A stretch of 64,000 bases of DNA, from the NCBI GenBank assembly GCA_963702025.1, contig OY969699.1, positions 928,001 through 992,000 of the forward strand, given 5' to 3'. A model generated the notes under the pieces. The model saw nothing but the letters and a program-made list of their open reading frames with translations. It was not told where the DNA came from and made no database searches. Source of the DNA: an uncultured bacterium. Its GTDB lineage: Bacteria > Babelota > Babeliae > Babelales > Vermiphilaceae. The position numbers and the translations under genes are program-made. Shown here in pieces: positions 29,196 through 39,884 of the stretch. The first letter of the stretch is position 1. Every line of letters starts with the position of its first letter.

Positions 29196-30350
29196 ATGAA
29201 ATTCTCTTTTTATCTATTCATTATTATCTCTCCAATGCTTACAACCGCTATGGAGATGCCAGAGCAAAAGAAAAAACAAGTTCTCACGCAGTTAGAAAAA
29301 AATAAAATCGCTGCGCTGAAAGAATATGAACATTTTAAAAAAACGGGGGCCGAGCTTTTGCATACCCCCGATTATCTACGAAATAATGCCCCAAACTTAT
29401 TTGAATTCGTGCCCGCCGAACTGTGGTCAGCCATTGCGAGCCTTGCAGATTATCAGTATGGTGAATTGGCGCCGCAAGAATTAAAAAATCTTAGCACGCG
29501 ACGTAACCGTGCCGAATATGTGCCGTTCCGGTGGACGGCGCTGGGCTATCATTTTAACGTGATCCCCTATCATTCAAATAATGGGTATTTTCATTTTGAT
29601 AAAAATCAATCAAATCAAAGCATACTCAAAGGAATTCGCGATAAGGATGCATCACTGGGAAAATATCTTCAGTTACTTGATTCCTACGGAAAATTAATGC
29701 GTGACAAAGAGCAAACCGATGATGAGATGACGATTTTTGAACATGAGCTGGCTGCTGCCAAAAAATCAAAGGAAAATATTGAAGGGCCCTATATTCAAGA
29801 GCTTCAAGAAAATGTGAAAAATAGCAAAAGCATCGCAAGATATCTGGGCGGTCAGCTGCAATTAACACAAGAAAATTTAAAAAAACAGTTGGACCAGCTA
29901 ACGACTCAATACACTATTAATCTAATGCCCTATGATCGTGATCTCACGCCAATTATCATAAAATTACTGCGCGCTTTAAAAGATGATGCAGAACTGCAAG
30001 GCTTGATCAATTCATTTAAGGTAATGATAGACGGTGACTATAACAAACCGGAATTGCTGAATCCGCGCGTTGTTATTTACCCGGCACAAGGAAAGGAAAA
30101 TACCCAAAAAGCGCTCAATAAGCTTGCAACCATTTTTGCCAATACAAAAGGGCTTCCGAACAGAAAGTTGCTTTACCATGCAAAAGTGAATGATTTAATT
30201 TGGATAGCGCAGGGTGATAGCAGATATAAAGGGAACGAATATGCGATATATTATGAGCATCCCAATCGCGTCTATTATCATCCAAATACCACCGGAACGC
30301 TCCACGATTATCACCTAAAATTCCCCGGAACGGACAAGGATATTATCTGA
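29196..30350 (+). CDS. Exported protein, tandem family member 3
   Basis: TT-AME; YTINLMP, SFKV, RVVIYP, LIWIAQGD. Confidence 0.7.
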   Translation: MKFSFYLFIIISPMLTTAMEMPEQKKKQVLTQLEKNKIAALKEYEHFKKTGAELLHTPDYLRNNAPNLFEFVPAELWSAIASLADYQYGELAPQELKNLSTRRNRAEYVPFRWTALGYHFNVIPYHSNNGYFHFDKNQSNQSILKGIRDKDASLGKYLQLLDSYGKLMRDKEQTDDEMTIFEHELAAAKKSKENIEGPYIQELQENVKNSKSIARYLGGQLQLTQENLKKQLDQLTTQYTINLMPYDRDLTPIIIKLLRALKDDAELQGLINSFKVMIDGDYNKPELLNPRVVIYPAQGKENTQKALNKLATIFANTKGLPNRKLLYHAKVNDLIWIAQGDSRYKGNEYAIYYEHPNRVYYHPNTTGTLHDYHLKFPGTDKDII

Positions 30351-30891
30351 TTGTTTCTATCGGAATAGTGAGATTATCGAATAATAACTGACGTATTTTT
30401 AAAGCGTTTTCATAATTTGTTTCCCGCAGTTTTTTCTTTTCCATTACTTCTTTATACGAGTTGTAAAGCATCCACCAACTACTGGTCCATACCAGGAATG
30501 CTGCGGCACCAAGGATATTATTTTTGTATGAGGGAGCATTATTGTTTAACTCATTTAATATCATTGCAGGAACAAAAGTTGCACCACATAATCCAAAACC
30601 TAATTGAAGCTGGCCTGCAATAGAAAGCTCTTGACCTGATTCCAATTCAACGCCATTATTTGAGAATGCTCGACATTCTTTCTGATTTCGTCGTCGCGTG
30701 ACAATTTCTCTGCTTAAATCCAAATATTTCAATTGCTCATTGGGTGTAAAAGGGACCACGTATGTTCGTTTTCTATTTTCAAGTTCAGTAGTGAATGCAT
30801 CCAAGTTGCTCTCTGAAATAGCTTTTTCAATAAGATCCGTTGCGAAAGTATTTAAGGTAATGAGTGATAAGGTAAAAAGTAGTTTTTTCAT
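30343..30891 (-). CDS. Exported two-TM hypothetical protein (tandem duplicate A)
   Basis: ATDLIEKAISESNLDAF...two hydrophobic segments...ALKIRQLLFDNLTI. Confidence 0.75.
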   Translation of the reverse strand: MKKLLFTLSLITLNTFATDLIEKAISESNLDAFTTELENRKRTYVVPFTPNEQLKYLDLSREIVTRRRNQKECRAFSNNGVELESGQELSIAGQLQLGFGLCGATFVPAMILNELNNNAPSYKNNILGAAAFLVWTSSWWMLYNSYKEVMEKKKLRETNYENALKIRQLLFDNLTIPIETIR

Positions 30892-30908
30892 AATTTCCTG
30901 TAGATTTT

Positions 30909-31439
30909 TTAAGCAATAGTGAGATTATCGAATAATATTTGGCGAATTTTTAAAGCATTATTATATTTGGTTTCTATAGATTTTTTTCGCTCTGTGTACT
31001 CATTTATTAGTCTTCTTATGCCATCAGTTATCAAGGAAATAGCGGATATAACAAGAGTTAAAGCAACTTTGTTATAAAATGGTATTTTTTCGCTATTTTT
31101 TTCCAATTCAATTGTTTTAATGGTGAATACTAATGCGTATAGGCTTGCAACTCCACCGCAAAGTTCAAGACCCGGCACAATCGATTCATTTTTTTCTTCT
31201 GAGTACAATTCGCTTGCCATAGGGATTTCAAAGTAATTCCGCCGACGGCTCGCAACCTCTTTGCTCAAATCCAAATATTTTAATTGCTCATTAGGGGTAA
31301 AAGGAACTGCGTACGTTCGTTTTCTATTTTCAAGCTCAGTAGTGAATGCATCCAAGTTGCTCTCTAAAATAGCTTTTTCAATAAGATCCGTTGCGAAGGT
31401 ATTGGTGATTAAGGATAATGTAAAAAATAATTTTTTCAT
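30909..31439 (-). CDS. Exported two-TM hypothetical protein (tandem duplicate B)
   Basis: N- and C-termini nearly identical to 30343..30891. Confidence 0.75.
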   Translation of the reverse strand: MKKLFFTLSLITNTFATDLIEKAILESNLDAFTTELENRKRTYAVPFTPNEQLKYLDLSKEVASRRRNYFEIPMASELYSEEKNESIVPGLELCGGVASLYALVFTIKTIELEKNSEKIPFYNKVALTLVISAISLITDGIRRLINEYTERKKSIETKYNNALKIRQILFDNLTIA

Positions 31440-31445
31440 GGTTTC

Positions 31446-32594
31446 CTATTTATGTGATGTTCTTAATTCTCGTAATTCTTGAAAATTTTTCTTTTGCAGC
31501 TCAAGAAGTTGAGTATTTGAATGTTTAATAATACTTCGTTGAATAAAATAGAATAATAATTTTAGTCCAAAGAGGCCGACCATTCCTAATAATGGAAAAT
31601 ATACTTCGTATTTCTTTAAGTAGTCTTTAAAAATTTTTGCATTTTCACGTTTTAATTTACAGGCATGATCATTGAGTGATTCATTTAATGCTTCTTCGAC
31701 ATCATTTTTAGTAATAGGAGTGTGATCTCTATTTTTGCAAAAAGCGTTAATTGCGGCCCCGCCAATCAGTCTGTTTAGTTCGTGAAAGGAGAATCCTTGA
31801 GTTTTTTTTGTTAGGGTTTCTAAAGATTTCTTTTCAAGAGCAACAAATTTTTCTTCAAATAAGTTTAATCGTAAGGCAGTTGATGGCAAGTTGATTAAAA
31901 ATCCTTCTCCGAAACGATCAAAAATGGCATCTGGGATTCTTCCCGGTTGATTCGTGGTTGCCAGAATAACTGTAGAAGTATTATCAGCACACATTTTGAG
32001 TTGGTGCCAAAAGAGGTGTTCAGCCCTGGGATTATTTATAATCTCTGAAAAAAAACTAATATCATCAAGTATCAAAGTTCTTTTTTCAGATGAATTTAGA
32101 AATGGATCAAATAATGCATCTAAACGAGTTTGCATAGAAGAAGGATATTCGCTCCAAAGATCAGTGCCAACAACAAATACGAAAGGGCGCTTCAAATAAT
32201 AAGCTAATGCCTTTGCAAGAGTAGTTTTCCCGTTCCCCGTAGGGCCTTTTAGCAATATTGTATTTCCCTGTGTGTCAGGTCTTGCTTTTATGAGATTAAT
32301 TTCTTCAATGAGCCTTTCTGGTAAAGTCTTGAGTGTTATTTCTATACTTCTTTCACTTACTTCATTTAGTGCGTCTTGGTATGGCTGTAGTTCAAAAAAT
32401 GGGGTATGGCGAATATTATCTAACTCAAGTTTTCGTACCCGCAGCTGATTTTCAAGTTGATTTATTTTTTGAACTAAATCAGTGTTAAGTTCAGTTTCAT
32501 GTTCTTCATTATGTAGGATCTCCATAGGCAAAGCGATTTGAGTGCTGAGAAATAAACAAGAAAGTACGAAAAGAAGATTGGAACGTCTTTGCAT
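31446..32594 (-). CDS. Classic-clade AAA+ ATPase with signal peptide and C-terminal TM helix
   Basis: GPTGNGKT (Walker A), LILDDI (Walker B), ATTN...DAIFDRF; AGGAG RBS before ATG 32594. Confidence 0.8.
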   Translation of the reverse strand: MQRRSNLLFVLSCLFLSTQIALPMEILHNEEHETELNTDLVQKINQLENQLRVRKLELDNIRHTPFFELQPYQDALNEVSERSIEITLKTLPERLIEEINLIKARPDTQGNTILLKGPTGNGKTTLAKALAYYLKRPFVFVVGTDLWSEYPSSMQTRLDALFDPFLNSSEKRTLILDDISFFSEIINNPRAEHLFWHQLKMCADNTSTVILATTNQPGRIPDAIFDRFGEGFLINLPSTALRLNLFEEKFVALEKKSLETLTKKTQGFSFHELNRLIGGAAINAFCKNRDHTPITKNDVEEALNESLNDHACKLKRENAKIFKDYLKKYEVYFPLLGMVGLFGLKLLFYFIQRSIIKHSNTQLLELQKKNFQELRELRTSHK

Positions 32595-32708
32595 GATTTC
32601 TCCTTGTTGCAAATGTACTGTTTGTTTCGTAAGAATATTCCAATTTTTAAGCTTGTTGTCAACAAACTTAATGAAATAATTTATATTATGGGTAAGAAAT
32701 GAAAAAGA

Positions 32709-32750
32709 ATGGTTCGATACGATTTCTTCGAAATCACTCACCATGAACGG
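32709..32750 (-). repeat. Palindromic repeat unit
   Basis: atggttcgatacgatttcttcgaaatcactcaccatgaacgg. Confidence 0.85.
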
Positions 32751-32805
32751 ATTTTGGTAATCTTTTTTAGATGCTCTTATTGCACATAAAGTCTGATATT
32801 TTTAG

Positions 32806-33309
32806 CTACAGCGTAATAATTTGATTAGCAACATACAGCTCATCTTTAATGCGCAATGCTTCATCAAGCAACAATTTTGGTTTTTTATATGCGCGAATAA
32901 GGTTGATGATGGCAAAATAACCTGAAGTGACCATAACACCGGAGCCGATCAGAAATCCGAGTGCAGCATCATCGGTAAAATGTTTGCCCCTTGCGCAGTC
33001 TTCAATTACACCTGCGATTATTCCTAGTCCACAACAAGAACCAAACAGTGCGGCAAAGCTATAAAATAATTCAGTGCATAGTGCCGCCTGAAAAGCATGT
33101 TTTGCTACTAATCTTTCCCGTAAGTTCACCATGCGGTCGGCCGTATCAAGAAGATTATATTGTTTGTCAGCAGGAATTTGTTCATTATTTTTTGCCCGGA
33201 GAAATGCCTGGTAATCGCTTTCCAGAATGGCATTTAACATGCCACAATAATCTTGGGTTACACAAAAAGTTGGTATTGCCATTAGTAAACTGCACATAAT
33301 TTTTTTCAT
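32806..33309 (-). CDS. Exported two-TM hypothetical protein (distant paralog of 30343/30909)
   Basis: AILESDYQAF, QYNLLD, ALRIK; start MKKIMC. Confidence 0.7.
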   Translation of the reverse strand: MKKIMCSLLMAIPTFCVTQDYCGMLNAILESDYQAFLRAKNNEQIPADKQYNLLDTADRMVNLRERLVAKHAFQAALCTELFYSFAALFGSCCGLGIIAGVIEDCARGKHFTDDAALGFLIGSGVMVTSGYFAIINLIRAYKKPKLLLDEALRIKDELYVANQIITL

Positions 33310-33405
33310 GAGATTACCTTCATGTATGAAATTGAGAATGAAATGATTGAAATGCAGTCTAGATAATATTCGGGTGTTTGTAAAATTGAAGCGGAAGATT
33401 TTTAA

Positions 33406-33431
33406 ATGCTTCGACAAGCTCAGCACGAACG
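33406..33431 (-). repeat. Palindromic repeat unit
   Basis: atgcttcgacaagctcagcacgaacg is the reverse complement of 18765-18790. Confidence 0.85.
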
Positions 33432-33453
33432 AGTTCGTGGGCCACCATTTTTG

Positions 33454-34266
33454 TTACTCATTGCCCTTATCATAAATCTCACCTTGCGGCATTGCAATTC
33501 GATTTTGGATTTCTTGGGCAAGCGGTTCAAAATAAGTATCCAGAGTCTTTTGGAGTATGGTGCTGTCCAGCATTTGTACCGAGTAATCAAACCCAAAGCA
33601 TGCGGCGAGCAACATGATTTTGTTGAGAATGTTGGAATCTCCGGTTGCCACATGCCACATGGTGAATGGATGATAGCCCGGATAAAAATGAGGAAGTTGA
33701 GTGCGGAAATTAGTAATCATTTGCAATGGATTGGCACCGGTGACATCACTTGCCAGTGTGCAGTCGGTTGCCGGATTCATGAGAATCATATGTGTAATAA
33801 GATATGCTTCTTTGAGTGCAAGTTCTGATGATCGATTAGCTAAGAATTGCAGTGCTAGATTACTCAGATAGGAGAGTCCGGCAAAGGTGCCGAGGCTAAT
33901 GCCAATATTTTTTGCATTCTCTAATTTTGTTATTGGACCTTTAACAGCGCCAATATTGAATCTAGAAAGTGCAAAGCTCGTTTCAAATGCGCCGGCAATG
34001 AGCGATACCAGAAAAACAAATTGCTTGGTGGTATGTTGATCCAGTATTTGTGCATGCAAGGCGTCAAGCGCCGCCATTACCGGGGTATAATGCTTGCCAA
34101 ATTGTTGGGGAGCATTTAGGTCGGCCCCATTGTTAATTGCTTCAACTACGGTGACCAGATTGGATTCTGCAATGCCCTTAAATAGTTGGTCATTAACATC
34201 ATTAGAACAAAAAGTATATGAAATTAAGCTGAGTGCTAATGCACTCACTGCGCGATAGTTGAGCAT
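33454..34266 (-). CDS. Exported ankyrin-containing membrane protein
   Basis: Signal peptide; NGADLN...YTPVMAA; two hydrophobic segments. Confidence 0.65.
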   Translation of the reverse strand: MLNYRAVSALALSLISYTFCSNDVNDQLFKGIAESNLVTVVEAINNGADLNAPQQFGKHYTPVMAALDALHAQILDQHTTKQFVFLVSLIAGAFETSFALSRFNIGAVKGPITKLENAKNIGISLGTFAGLSYLSNLALQFLANRSSELALKEAYLITHMILMNPATDCTLASDVTGANPLQMITNFRTQLPHFYPGYHPFTMWHVATGDSNILNKIMLLAACFGFDYSVQMLDSTILQKTLDTYFEPLAQEIQNRIAMPQGEIYDKGNE

Positions 34267-34561
34267 GGATAAACCCTTTTAAGAATTTTTTATGGCTAAA
34301 AAGTATAGTATTACTATGAATTATTTTGTTGCCAAGTCAACGAGATCTTTGGCCAAAGTAATCATTTGCATTAGTTGCGCAGCTTTTTTGGCAAAAAATC
34401 AATACTGTTTACATTGCCCTGAATAAACAAATAGTATTTAAAAAATCTCTTTACGCAAACTATCGATTTCTTGTGAAAATTTGACTATAGGATATACTAT
34501 AAGAGTACTTCAGAATTCCCCAAAAATAGTAATTAAATGAATTGTGTGAAAGGCGTTGCCC

Positions 34562-37252
34562 ATGGCCGAAATAAATAATCATGATAAAATTGCTGAATTA
34601 AAAGTTAAGCCGGTTCTGATTGAACAGGAGTTAAAAGATTCGTTTCTTGATTATGCCATGTCGGTTGTGGTGAGCCGCGCGATTCCGGACATTCGTGATG
34701 GGTTAAAACCGGTGCATCGCCGCGTGCTGTATGCCATGTATCAACAAGGCTTTTATTACAACAAGCCTTATCACAAATCGGTGCGCGTAGTGGGTGACGT
34801 GCTTGGTAAATATCACCCGCATGGTGACCAGGCAGTGTATAACACCATGGTGGGCATGGTGCAGGATTTCTCCAAACGATATCCTTTGCTTGATGGGCAG
34901 GGTAACTGGGGTTCGGTCGATGGGGATAATGCAGCAGCGATGCGTTATACTGAAGTTCGTATGGCAAAGATCGCGGCGGAATTGCTTGCCGATCTTGATA
35001 AAGAAACCGTTCGATTTGTACCAAACTTTGATGAATCCACCGTTGAACCAACCGTTTTGCCCAGCAAATTACCTAATTTATTAGTCAATGGCACCACCGG
35101 TATTGCCGTGGGTATGGCAACCTCGATTCCTCCGCATAACTTAGGTGAAGTAATTGATGCTTGTTTGGCACTGCTTGCCAGTGAACAGATAACCGATGAA
35201 GAATTATTTGAAAAAGTTCCCGCTCCCGATTTTCCAACCGGCGGCATTATTTGTGGTCGAGCCGGGATTGTAAAAGCATATAAAACCGGGCGCGGCAACC
35301 TCATCTTGCGTGCGGTGGTTGAGGTTGAGGAGACCAAAAAAGGTTCTTCTCTTATTATCACGCAATTGCCCTACATGGTGAATAAGGCAAACCTGGCCAT
35401 GCAGATTGCAGATTTAACGCGTGACAAAGTGGTCGAAGGTATTAGCAACATTCGTGATGAATCTGATAAAAAAGGCATGCGGTTAGTGATTGAGATCAAG
35501 CGGGGCGAAATGCCACAGGTTGTTCTTAATCAGCTTTATAAATATACCCCGCTGCAAACATCGATTTCTATCTTGATGCTGGGCCTTCTTGATAATAGCC
35601 CACTGGTCTTCTCATTGCGTCAGTTATTGCAACAATTTTTATATCACCGACGTGAAGTTGTTTATCGCCGAACCGTGTATGATCTGCGTAAGGCGCAAGA
35701 GCGTGAGCATCTTTTAAATGGTTTTATTATTGCCTTGACCAATATTGATGAAGTGGTCGCTCTTATCAAGCAATCGAAGGCTGCAGAAGAGGCAGTAACC
35801 AAGTTAAACAAAAGATTTTTACTTTCAGCTGAACAGGGCAAGGCGATTCTTGAGATGCGCTTGCAGCGTTTGACCGGCCTTGAACAAGAAAAGATTCATT
35901 TAGAATTGGAAGAACTTAAAAAAACGATCGCGCACTATAGAAGCATCATCGAAGATGAAGAGATTCTTAAAAATGAGGTGCGCCAAGAGTTGGTCGCCAT
36001 CAAAGAGGAATATGCTGATAAACGGCGGTCGCGCATTGAAGGTGCCATTGATATTCTCACCGAGGCTGATTTGATCCCGGATGAAGAGGTGGTTGTTACT
36101 TTAACGCGTAAAGGATACATAAAGAGAGTTCCTCTGGAAACGTATGGCGTACAACATCGCGGCGGCAAGGGCAAGATGGGTATGGCAGCACTCGAAGAAG
36201 CTGAGGACGTGATCGAGGATCTTTTTGTTGCGCGAGCACATGATAATCTGCTCTTCTTTACTAATCTTGGTCGCGTTTATAGCATGCAAGTATTTGAGGT
36301 TCCTGAAGGTTCACGCATTGCCAAAGGGCGCGCCATTGTTAACTTGTTACCTCTCACGCCGGGCGAGCGCGTGGTTAAATTACTCTGTGCCCGGGATTTA
36401 ATTGAGGGAACATTCATAGTTCTGCTGACTAAGAATGGTATTATTAAACGTACCGATGCGAGTGAATTTGCCCATATCCGCTCAACCGGTATCCGCGCAT
36501 CCACATTGCGCGAAGGCGATGAATTGGTCTTCTGCGCATTAAGTGCTGGCAATGATTCTGTTATTATTGCTACCGCTCACGGCCAAGGTATCCGATTCAA
36601 TGAAAAAGAGGTCCGTTCGATGGGACGGCAAGCAGCTGGTGTGATTGGCATTCGTTTGAAAAAGGGTGATTATGTGGTTGGCATGGAAGTGCTTGCGGAT
36701 CATGGTGACATCTTATTTGCAACTGAAAATGGGTACGGCAAACGGGTGAGCATTGCCGATTTTCGTGTTGCGCATCGCGGTGGTCTTGGTGTTCGCACCA
36801 TTCCTGCTGATAAACGCAATGGTCAGGTTATTGGTCTTGCGCATGTTACCGATCGCTCAAATTTATTACTCATTGACCAAGCGGGTAAAATTATTCGTTT
36901 GCCATCTTCTGAAGTGCGCACTATGGGTCGTCAGGCTAAAGGAGTACGTTTAATTCGTCTCGACGCGGGCCAAAAATTATCTTCCGTAGTGGCATTTGAA
37001 GAAGAAGACACAACGAGCGGTTCACCGGCTGGTGGTCCATCATCAGGCGCACCCGGCACGTCGGGCCCCAAAGGGACCGGCCATCGTATGGACACTCTTG
37101 AGGATGTAACCGCACCGATTTCTTCAGCGCCCGAAGAAATACCTTTTGAAGAAGAGGACGAGGTTGCCGACACCAATTCTGCACCCGTGCAAGGTACAAT
37201 CTATGCGCGCGGCGTTGATGATGGTGATGAAGATCCATTCGCTGGTTTTTAG
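34562..37252 (+). CDS. gyrA: DNA gyrase subunit A
   Basis: [22 protein letters not shown], GyrA box QHRGGKG, beta-pinwheel repeats, acidic tail. Confidence 0.98.
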   Translation: MAEINNHDKIAELKVKPVLIEQELKDSFLDYAMSVVVSRAIPDIRDGLKPVHRRVLYAMYQQGFYYNKPYHKSVRVVGDVLGKYHPHGDQAVYNTMVGMVQDFSKRYPLLDGQGNWGSVDGDNAAAMRYTEVRMAKIAAELLADLDKETVRFVPNFDESTVEPTVLPSKLPNLLVNGTTGIAVGMATSIPPHNLGEVIDACLALLASEQITDEELFEKVPAPDFPTGGIICGRAGIVKAYKTGRGNLILRAVVEVEETKKGSSLIITQLPYMVNKANLAMQIADLTRDKVVEGISNIRDESDKKGMRLVIEIKRGEMPQVVLNQLYKYTPLQTSISILMLGLLDNSPLVFSLRQLLQQFLYHRREVVYRRTVYDLRKAQEREHLLNGFIIALTNIDEVVALIKQSKAAEEAVTKLNKRFLLSAEQGKAILEMRLQRLTGLEQEKIHLELEELKKTIAHYRSIIEDEEILKNEVRQELVAIKEEYADKRRSRIEGAIDILTEADLIPDEEVVVTLTRKGYIKRVPLETYGVQHRGGKGKMGMAALEEAEDVIEDLFVARAHDNLLFFTNLGRVYSMQVFEVPEGSRIAKGRAIVNLLPLTPGERVVKLLCARDLIEGTFIVLLTKNGIIKRTDASEFAHIRSTGIRASTLREGDELVFCALSAGNDSVIIATAHGQGIRFNEKEVRSMGRQAAGVIGIRLKKGDYVVGMEVLADHGDILFATENGYGKRVSIADFRVAHRGGLGVRTIPADKRNGQVIGLAHVTDRSNLLLIDQAGKIIRLPSSEVRTMGRQAKGVRLIRLDAGQKLSSVVAFEEEDTTSGSPAGGPSSGAPGTSGPKGTGHRMDTLEDVTAPISSAPEEIPFEEEDEVADTNSAPVQGTIYARGVDDGDEDPFAGF

Positions 37253-37318
37253 CTAAATTTTAAAATGAAGCTTTTCTTAATTCGTTGATCCCCGTTCGTA
37301 TTTTGAAAAGGAGTAAGC

Positions 37319-38107
37319 ATGCAAATCAAGAACATAGCTATAGGACTGCTTGCAATTACGAATATATTATGTCTCTTTATAATTGCCGGTAAAAAAACAG
37401 ACTGTATTCAGTCAAATAAGAGCGACGACGCGTTCACTGCCATTCCGTATGATAAGCAAATGCTGAAATCATTAAAAGAAATATTAATCAAAGATTATAA
37501 CCCCACAGGAGAAAAATGTGGTGCGGCAATAAGTCTTTCAAAAAGAGGGAGCTTTGCCGGAACTGCTCGTTTAGATATGGTTTGTTTAATACAAGGATCA
37601 AGAAGCGTTATATGGCAAACGTTACAAAATGTAAAAAGTGAGCTGATTAATGAATATAAAGTATTTGAACAACTGGCAGAAGCAGAAAATATTCAAGAGA
37701 TAGATGGCCTATTATATCGTCCGGAAGGCAAACGGAATGCACTATTATTCGTAAAGCAAGGGTTACTTTATGATCAAGGTGATTTTTCTGCTAATGACTT
37801 TCTTCAAGGTTATTTACTTGGTTACGATAAAAAAGACATCGAATTCTTTTATCAACGATTTGGATTCCGTCAGCAGCAAAAGAAAAAAAATGAAAGCGAT
37901 TCTTTAGTGCCCAGTTCTTATACTGATTTTTCTCCAGAACTTAAAAATGAATTTGAGAATTTTAAAAAATATGAATGGCCTCTATCAAAAAATCATAACA
38001 GATATGAGCTCGATAAAAAGAAAGCGATTGATTGGCTTGAGGAGAATAAAGAATTGAGTGATGATCAGTTGTATCAACAGATACAAGAACTCAAAAAGAC
38101 TTCTTAA
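37319..38107 (+). CDS. Membrane-anchored hypothetical protein
   Basis: N-terminal TM helix; GYLLGY motif; AGGAG RBS. Confidence 0.65.
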   Translation: MQIKNIAIGLLAITNILCLFIIAGKKTDCIQSNKSDDAFTAIPYDKQMLKSLKEILIKDYNPTGEKCGAAISLSKRGSFAGTARLDMVCLIQGSRSVIWQTLQNVKSELINEYKVFEQLAEAENIQEIDGLLYRPEGKRNALLFVKQGLLYDQGDFSANDFLQGYLLGYDKKDIEFFYQRFGFRQQQKKKNESDSLVPSSYTDFSPELKNEFENFKKYEWPLSKNHNRYELDKKKAIDWLEENKELSDDQLYQQIQELKKTS

Positions 38108-38114
38108 AACTTTG

Positions 38115-38137
38115 AGCAGGAATTACCTGCTTTTTTT
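38115..38137 (+). terminator. Intrinsic terminator
   Basis: agcagg-aatta-cctgct followed by a T-run. Confidence 0.65.
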
Positions 38138-38276
38138 CCGCTCATGAATAGCTTTTGCATTACTAAAGACATCGTTACTATCGCAATTCTGTACAAACTT
38201 GTCAATGCAAATTAAACTACTAAATTATATTTCAATAATTGTAATCCTACAATACAACATTATCGCCGAGAATTTT

Positions 38277-39401
38277 ATGCATTCCGCCGCATCGCAGGTA
38301 TTACTTCATCTTTCATTAATTGAGAGTCTTGGCCCCGGCTTGGGCCAGCGGCTCGTGCGCCATTTTGGTGTTGAGCAATTGACTGCATTATATAATGCAA
38401 GTGCGCATGAATTAACCAGAATCGCGGGAGTTTCTGAAACTGCTGCAACAAAAATAGTAAAAGGACTTGCCGATCGCTCAGTTTTAGAAACAGAACTGGA
38501 GTTGCTTGAAAAGCATAAGATTTCTTGGGTTTCAATTATTGAGAGTGATTATCCGCTGCTATTAAGTCCGATTCATCTGCCGCCGATTGTACTTTACTGG
38601 AAAGGCACCTTGCCAGGGGAGCAGAGCATAGCAATTGTCGGGTCACGCGAAGCAAATAGTTATGGCAAATATGCGGTGGAACGGTTGCTGATTCCTCTTG
38701 TTGGCCAAGAATGGGGGATCATAAGTGGCGGTGCCTTGGGCATTGATACAATGGCTCATCAAACAACAGTTGATGCGGGTGGTATAACCTGCGCGGTGTT
38801 GGGGTCGGGTATTTTAGTTCCTTATCCACCCGAAAACAAAGAATTATTTAATACCATTTGCACTAATGGAGGGGCGGTTATTAGCCCTTTCCCGTTGTTA
38901 ATGAAACCTCTTCAGGGCAATTTTCCGGCGCGAAACCGGGTGATTGCCGGGCTTGCCAAAGGATGTGTGGTGGTGCAAGCAGCTATTAAAAGTGGTGCGC
39001 GCATTACTGCAGAATTTTCTTTGCAACAGGGAAGAACAGTATTTGCCGTACCTGGTCCGATTGACGATCCTTTGAGTGTTGGCTGCCATGAACTCATTGC
39101 CCAGGGGGCAACTATAGCAACCTGCGCTCAGGATATTTTGGTAGAATTTGGCCAAGAAATTCAGGAGCAAATCGTAGATACTACTGATCAACAAACCTCG
39201 CTATTACCCATAATTAAGCCCTTGCCACTGCATCAAGATCCAATGTTTGCTGCCATACTAGAAGTGTGCAAGCAACCAAATTCCATCGATGAGCTTATTG
39301 AAAAAACGAATATTCCCCTTGCTCAGCTCACGCCAATTCTTTTTGATTTGCAGCTGAAAGGGTATATAAGCCAAAATATGGCCGGATTATGGCAAAAGTA
39401 G
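38277..39401 (+). CDS. dprA: DNA-processing protein DprA
   Basis: AIVGSR, SGGALGID, FPARNRVIAG, SGARITA, FAVPG. Confidence 0.95.
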   Translation: MHSAASQVLLHLSLIESLGPGLGQRLVRHFGVEQLTALYNASAHELTRIAGVSETAATKIVKGLADRSVLETELELLEKHKISWVSIIESDYPLLLSPIHLPPIVLYWKGTLPGEQSIAIVGSREANSYGKYAVERLLIPLVGQEWGIISGGALGIDTMAHQTTVDAGGITCAVLGSGILVPYPPENKELFNTICTNGGAVISPFPLLMKPLQGNFPARNRVIAGLAKGCVVVQAAIKSGARITAEFSLQQGRTVFAVPGPIDDPLSVGCHELIAQGATIATCAQDILVEFGQEIQEQIVDTTDQQTSLLPIIKPLPLHQDPMFAAILEVCKQPNSIDELIEKTNIPLAQLTPILFDLQLKGYISQNMAGLWQK

Positions 39402-39484
39402 TGAGCTCTACTTTGATTTTTGCCGTAAAAAACTATATATTTGGTATAAAGTAAGGCTTTTTTAAAGTTACACAAGGATAACGT

Positions 39485-39751
39485 ATGCCAGTACCAAAAC
39501 GAAAAAGATCCCGTGCCAGAAGAGATTCGCGCTTTGCCAATAAAGGTATTAAAGCAAAAGCATTAACTGAATGCAAGAATTGCAAAGCTGCCCAACTGCC
39601 TCATCAGGTCTGCAAGAATTGCGGCCATTATAAAGGGGTTAAAATTTTAGTAACCAAAGCGGAACGTACGCTCAAACGCAATGAAGCTAAGCAAGAACTT
39701 AAAGCACGCGCTGAAGCCGCTCAAGGCCCTTCAGAACAACCATCAGAGTAA
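39485..39751 (+). CDS. rpmF: 50S ribosomal protein L32
   Basis: MPVPKRKRSRARR, CKNC...PHQVCKNCGHY; C-terminal extension. Confidence 0.95.
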   Translation: MPVPKRKRSRARRDSRFANKGIKAKALTECKNCKAAQLPHQVCKNCGHYKGVKILVTKAERTLKRNEAKQELKARAEAAQGPSEQPSE

Positions 39752-39778
39752 AATCTTTCTTCAATAAAATTCAAAATT

Positions 39779-39805
39779 GAGGGATAGTTATTATCCCTCT
39801 TTTTT
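39779..39805 (+). terminator. Intrinsic terminator after rpmF
   Basis: gagggata-gttat-tatccctc followed by T6. Confidence 0.7.
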
Positions 39806-39884
39806 AGTTCACTTTATCTTTTGCGCCAAACATGCTAGGTTCATGCTGCATATCAGTTGTCCGACTTTAAAATAAGGGATTTTT

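Noticed and set aside
32595..32744. N-terminal extension of the AAA ORF in the track (similarly 33310-33426)
   Set aside because: These starts fall inside intergenic repeat units; downstream ATGs have an RBS-like sequence and a signal peptide, so these are not further coding insertions.
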